From assembly GCA_036676985.1 (NCBI GenBank), contig JAKFBU010000023.1:96001-160000 (forward strand): 64,000 bases of DNA, given 5' to 3'. Every line of letters begins with the position of its first letter. Position 1 is the stretch's first letter. The notes beneath the pieces are model-generated. The model did not search any database. It was not told the DNA's origin and worked only from the letters and a program-made list of their open reading frames with translations. The translations under genes were made by a program, and so were the position numbers. The stretch is from Candidatus Sericytochromatia bacterium. GTDB taxonomy: Bacteria > Cyanobacteriota > Sericytochromatia > S15B-MN24 > UBA4093. This document shows, piece after piece, positions 58,672-64,000 of the stretch.

Positions 58672-61023
58672 CTAAGCGAACGGCATGCCCAGCTGCTGCG
58701 CCAGCATCGTGACGAAGCCGTCGATCTTGGCCCGGCCCTCCGGCGTCCGGGGATCGGGGGCCCGCTTGGGGTCTTCCAGCGTGTCCCGGACGGCCCGGAC
58801 GGTCCGCAACAGGGCTACCATGGTCGCGGGATGCAGGCTGCCTGGGCGTCCATGGCCGTAAAGGCGATCGCCGATGCCGTTCACGAGGCCCCCTAGCTTG
58901 AGAAACAGCGGCTGAGTGGCCGGCTCCAGGCGGCTGCGGTCGTCGAAGACGCTGCCCAGCAGATTGAGCACCGACATGGCCTCCATGCCGCCCAAGCGGT
59001 AGAGATCCTGCTGACTGGACGGCTTGGCCGGGACATGGGGCAGCCCCAGCGGGACGTCCAGCTCGCTAAATAGCCCGTCGAGCGCTCGCCGCCCCTCTGC
59101 CGTCTTCGGGTCCGGCTTGAAGCCCTCGTCCTGGAGCTTGCCGCGGACCCGCTCGACCGCCATGAACACCTTGGAGAGCTGGTCCTGACTAAGCCCGGTC
59201 TTGTCATGGAAGTCGAGCGTCCGCGCGTCGAGCGCCTCGATGAGGCCGCCCAGCCGCAGGTAAAGAGACTGTGCCGGCTCCTCCAGGCGCGCGAAGTCGT
59301 CGAAGTAGCTACCCAGACGGTGGAGGACCGACAACGACGCCATGGCCCCCTGCACGAAGTTGCTGCGAGCCGACGGTGGCTTGGCCGGCTGGTAGGCGAC
59401 GATGGGACGGATCTGCTGGAAGTAGGCCTCGATGCGGCTCCGGCCCACCTCCGTGCGCGGGTCCGGAGCCTGGAGGCCCTCCTGACCGAAGGACTGCCGC
59501 ACGGCCCGGACGTCCTTCAGCAACTGCCAGAGGTCATTCTGAGCCAGCCCCGCTGGATGTCGGTGGTCACACAGCTTGGCATCCAGGGCCTCCGAGAGCC
59601 CGAGCAGCCTGCGATACAGGGGCCCTGCGACGGGATCCAACTGGGCCATCGGGTCGAAGAACCCCAGCAGCTTGGAGAGCATGGCCATCTCCTCCATGGC
59701 CGCCTGCTTGAAGTTGGCGGTCAGGGTAGGGGGCTTGGCGTCGAGGTGAGGCAGCGCAAGCGCCAGGTCCAGCTCGGCGTAGAGGCGATCCAGCTCGGCG
59801 CGCCCCTCCTCCGTGGCCGGATCGACCCGGCGTGCGGCTGCCTCATGCATGGCCTCGGCGGCCTTGAGGACGCGCAACAGCTGCTCTGGGCCCATGGCCG
59901 AGGTATCTTCGTAGCGGTAGAGGCGATCGCCCACCACCTCCATGAGCCCGCCCAGCCGCAGGAAGAGGGGCTGCGACGCGGGCTCAAGCTGGGCGATGGG
60001 GTCGAAGCAGGCGGATGCCTGGTTGAGACAGAGCAGGGCCTCGCTCGCCGCTTGCTTGAAATTCTGCCGCGGGGTCGGAGCAGGGGCCGGCTGGTACGGC
60101 ACGAAGGGCTTGAGGTGTTGGAAGAAACCCTCGATCTGGCGACGCCCCTCGGCCGTCGTTGGGGAGGGAAGCCCGCCACCCAGGGAATCCAGCGCCTGTC
60201 GCAGGCTCCTCGCGTCCCGCAGGACTTGCAGGAGATCCTCCTGGCGCATCCCAACAGGGTGACGAAGGTCGTTCACGTTTCGGGTGAGGGCCTCCGCGAG
60301 CCCCAGCAGCTGTCGATACAGATCCTGGGAATCGGGCTCCAGCTGGGCGATGGGGTCGAACAGGGCCAGGAGCTTGTTGAGCAGGGCAGTCTGCTCCATG
60401 GCGGCCTGCCGGAAGTTGTCGGTCGCGCTGGGTGGCATGGCTGGCCCATGGGGCAGGGGCAGGACGGCTTCCAGCCGAGCGAGCAGAGCGTCGATGGCCG
60501 CGCCTCCCTCCGGGGTGGCCGGGTCGGGACGGAACTGGTCGTCCGCAATCGACCCTCGCACCTCGTCGACCGCCACCAGGAGCCCGAGTAACTGCTCCTG
60601 GGACAGGGCCGAGCGGTCCGCTGCGTCGAAGAGGCGATCGCCCACAGCCGCGATCAGACCCTGGATCCGCAGGTACAGGGGCTGGGATGCCGGTTGGAGA
60701 GCCGCGATGGGATCGAAGTAGGCGCAAAGCTTGTCGAGACACAGGAGCACCTCGCTCGCCCCCTGCTTGAAGTTCTCACGCGGAGTCGGCGGATCGGCCG
60801 GCAAGGTGCGGGGCGAAAGCTCGATCGGCGATGCGGGCTGGGCGGCCAAGGCCCGTGCCGCTGCGCCCCTCAGGCCCTCGGATCGCACGTTGTGCGCGTC
60901 CGAGTGGATCGACGCATGCTGGGCGGGAGTGATGGGACGAGAGGCCGGAACGCTCGGGCGAGCGCTCGATGCGGGCATCGAGGACAGGGGGGCGGGGCGA
61001 AGAGCCTCCGGACGGATCTCCAT
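58672..61023 (-). CDS. Hypothetical protein built of six tandem ~118-aa helical repeats
   Basis: RBS GGAGAGGAGG; disordered N-terminus; units with NF(K/R)Q(A/G)A...FDP.A.L.P....LY..L.GL...DP.T.EGR. Confidence 0.85.
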   Translation of the reverse strand: MEIRPEALRPAPLSSMPASSARPSVPASRPITPAQHASIHSDAHNVRSEGLRGAAARALAAQPASPIELSPRTLPADPPTPRENFKQGASEVLLCLDKLCAYFDPIAALQPASQPLYLRIQGLIAAVGDRLFDAADRSALSQEQLLGLLVAVDEVRGSIADDQFRPDPATPEGGAAIDALLARLEAVLPLPHGPAMPPSATDNFRQAAMEQTALLNKLLALFDPIAQLEPDSQDLYRQLLGLAEALTRNVNDLRHPVGMRQEDLLQVLRDARSLRQALDSLGGGLPSPTTAEGRRQIEGFFQHLKPFVPYQPAPAPTPRQNFKQAASEALLCLNQASACFDPIAQLEPASQPLFLRLGGLMEVVGDRLYRYEDTSAMGPEQLLRVLKAAEAMHEAAARRVDPATEEGRAELDRLYAELDLALALPHLDAKPPTLTANFKQAAMEEMAMLSKLLGFFDPMAQLDPVAGPLYRRLLGLSEALDAKLCDHRHPAGLAQNDLWQLLKDVRAVRQSFGQEGLQAPDPRTEVGRSRIEAYFQQIRPIVAYQPAKPPSARSNFVQGAMASLSVLHRLGSYFDDFARLEEPAQSLYLRLGGLIEALDARTLDFHDKTGLSQDQLSKVFMAVERVRGKLQDEGFKPDPKTAEGRRALDGLFSELDVPLGLPHVPAKPSSQQDLYRLGGMEAMSVLNLLGSVFDDRSRLEPATQPLFLKLGGLVNGIGDRLYGHGRPGSLHPATMVALLRTVRAVRDTLEDPKRAPDPRTPEGRAKIDGFVTMLAQQLGMPFA

Positions 61024-61049
61024 GCGAACCTCCTCTCCAATTTCAACTC

Positions 61050-61069
61050 ATTAACGCTATGTCGTTAAT
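61050..61069. promoter_or_regulatory. Palindromic site upstream of the repeat-protein gene
   Basis: Perfect inverted repeat ATTAACG-ctatgt-CGTTAAT. Confidence 0.55.
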
Positions 61070-61130
61070 ATATCACAAGCAACCGACATGGCTCCCATTT
61101 TTTTGAAAGCCGGCCGATCGCTCGCAACGG

Positions 61131-61184
61131 AAAAGGCCTCCCGCCGCCTGCAAGGCTGAAGCCAAGCAAGTGAGCGGGAGGCCG
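61131..61184 (-). terminator. Probable clpB terminator
   Basis: ggcctcccgc...gcgggaggcc stem with a large loop; TTTT follows on the minus strand. Confidence 0.5.
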
Positions 61185-61239
61185 TTGCGCCGGGGACCCG
61201 GTTCGCCCGGGCCGCCATAAGGAAGAAGCCGCAGGTCGG

Positions 61240-63843
<2,604 letters not shown>

Positions 63844-63930
63844 GGGGAGCCTCCTCGGAACGTCACGGAGTCGAGACGCGGCATGGGGGGCTCGAAAGGA
63901 GTGCCCCCTTGATGCATCCCATTAATATAA

Positions 63931-63951
63931 CTTGAGCGCATGATTGTCAAG
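63931..63951. promoter_or_regulatory. HAIR-like (HspR) operator overlapping the clpB -35 box
   Basis: CTTGAGC-N7-TGTCAAG versus the HAIR consensus CTTGAGT-N7-ACTCAAG. Minus-strand TTGACA (63945-63950) lies within it, with an AT-rich -10 region downstream. Confidence 0.7.
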
Positions 63952-64000
63952 ACAACCCCGGGCGAACCCGCCGAAAGAGGTACCATCAAACGGTTTGAAG

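Noticed and set aside
63844-64000. CIRCE or CtsR operator upstream of clpB
   Set aside because: No TTAGCACTC-N9-GAGTGCTAA and no GTCAAA direct repeats seen; the HAIR pattern fits better.

Overview
High-GC bacterial chromosomal window with no tRNA, rRNA, CRISPR array, transposase or prophage that I can recognise. From left to right it holds: a mfd-prsA-yabN/mazG operon; a membrane J-domain/Zn-finger/TPR gene; an 8-gene exopolysaccharide operon (STAS protein, degenerate NTP-transferase fused to a priming phosphoglycosyltransferase, half-length TolC-like protein, kinase-less co-polymerase, Wzy-like polymerase, three glycosyltransferases); TetR plus a hydrolase; an atypical ALDH, receiver proteins, SRAP, rocD and a DAO-family flavoprotein; LysM, maeB and small membrane genes. 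A roughly 12 kb aerobic respiration cluster follows (split Rieske/cytochrome b complex with a pentaheme subunit; A2-type caa3 oxidase with ctaA/ctaB/ctaG). The right end holds alr, accessory and regulatory genes, an orphan fliJ-fliK-like pair behind a J/TPR gene, mutL, a six-repeat protein of unknown family, and clpB with a HAIR-like operator. The organism is probably a diderm aerobic heterotroph; a non-photosynthetic cyanobacterial relative such as Sericytochromatia is my guess only. The main leads are: (1) near-identical cytochrome c domains tethered to both complex III and complex IV, plus a shared upstream palindrome; (2) the atypical EPS operon; (3) the 6 x ~118-aa repeat protein and other effector-like genes near fliJ/fliK; (4) tandem Asp-to-Asn pseudo-receivers; (5) an ALDH12-like enzyme near rocD. 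All calls come from reading motifs by eye; no database search was run.
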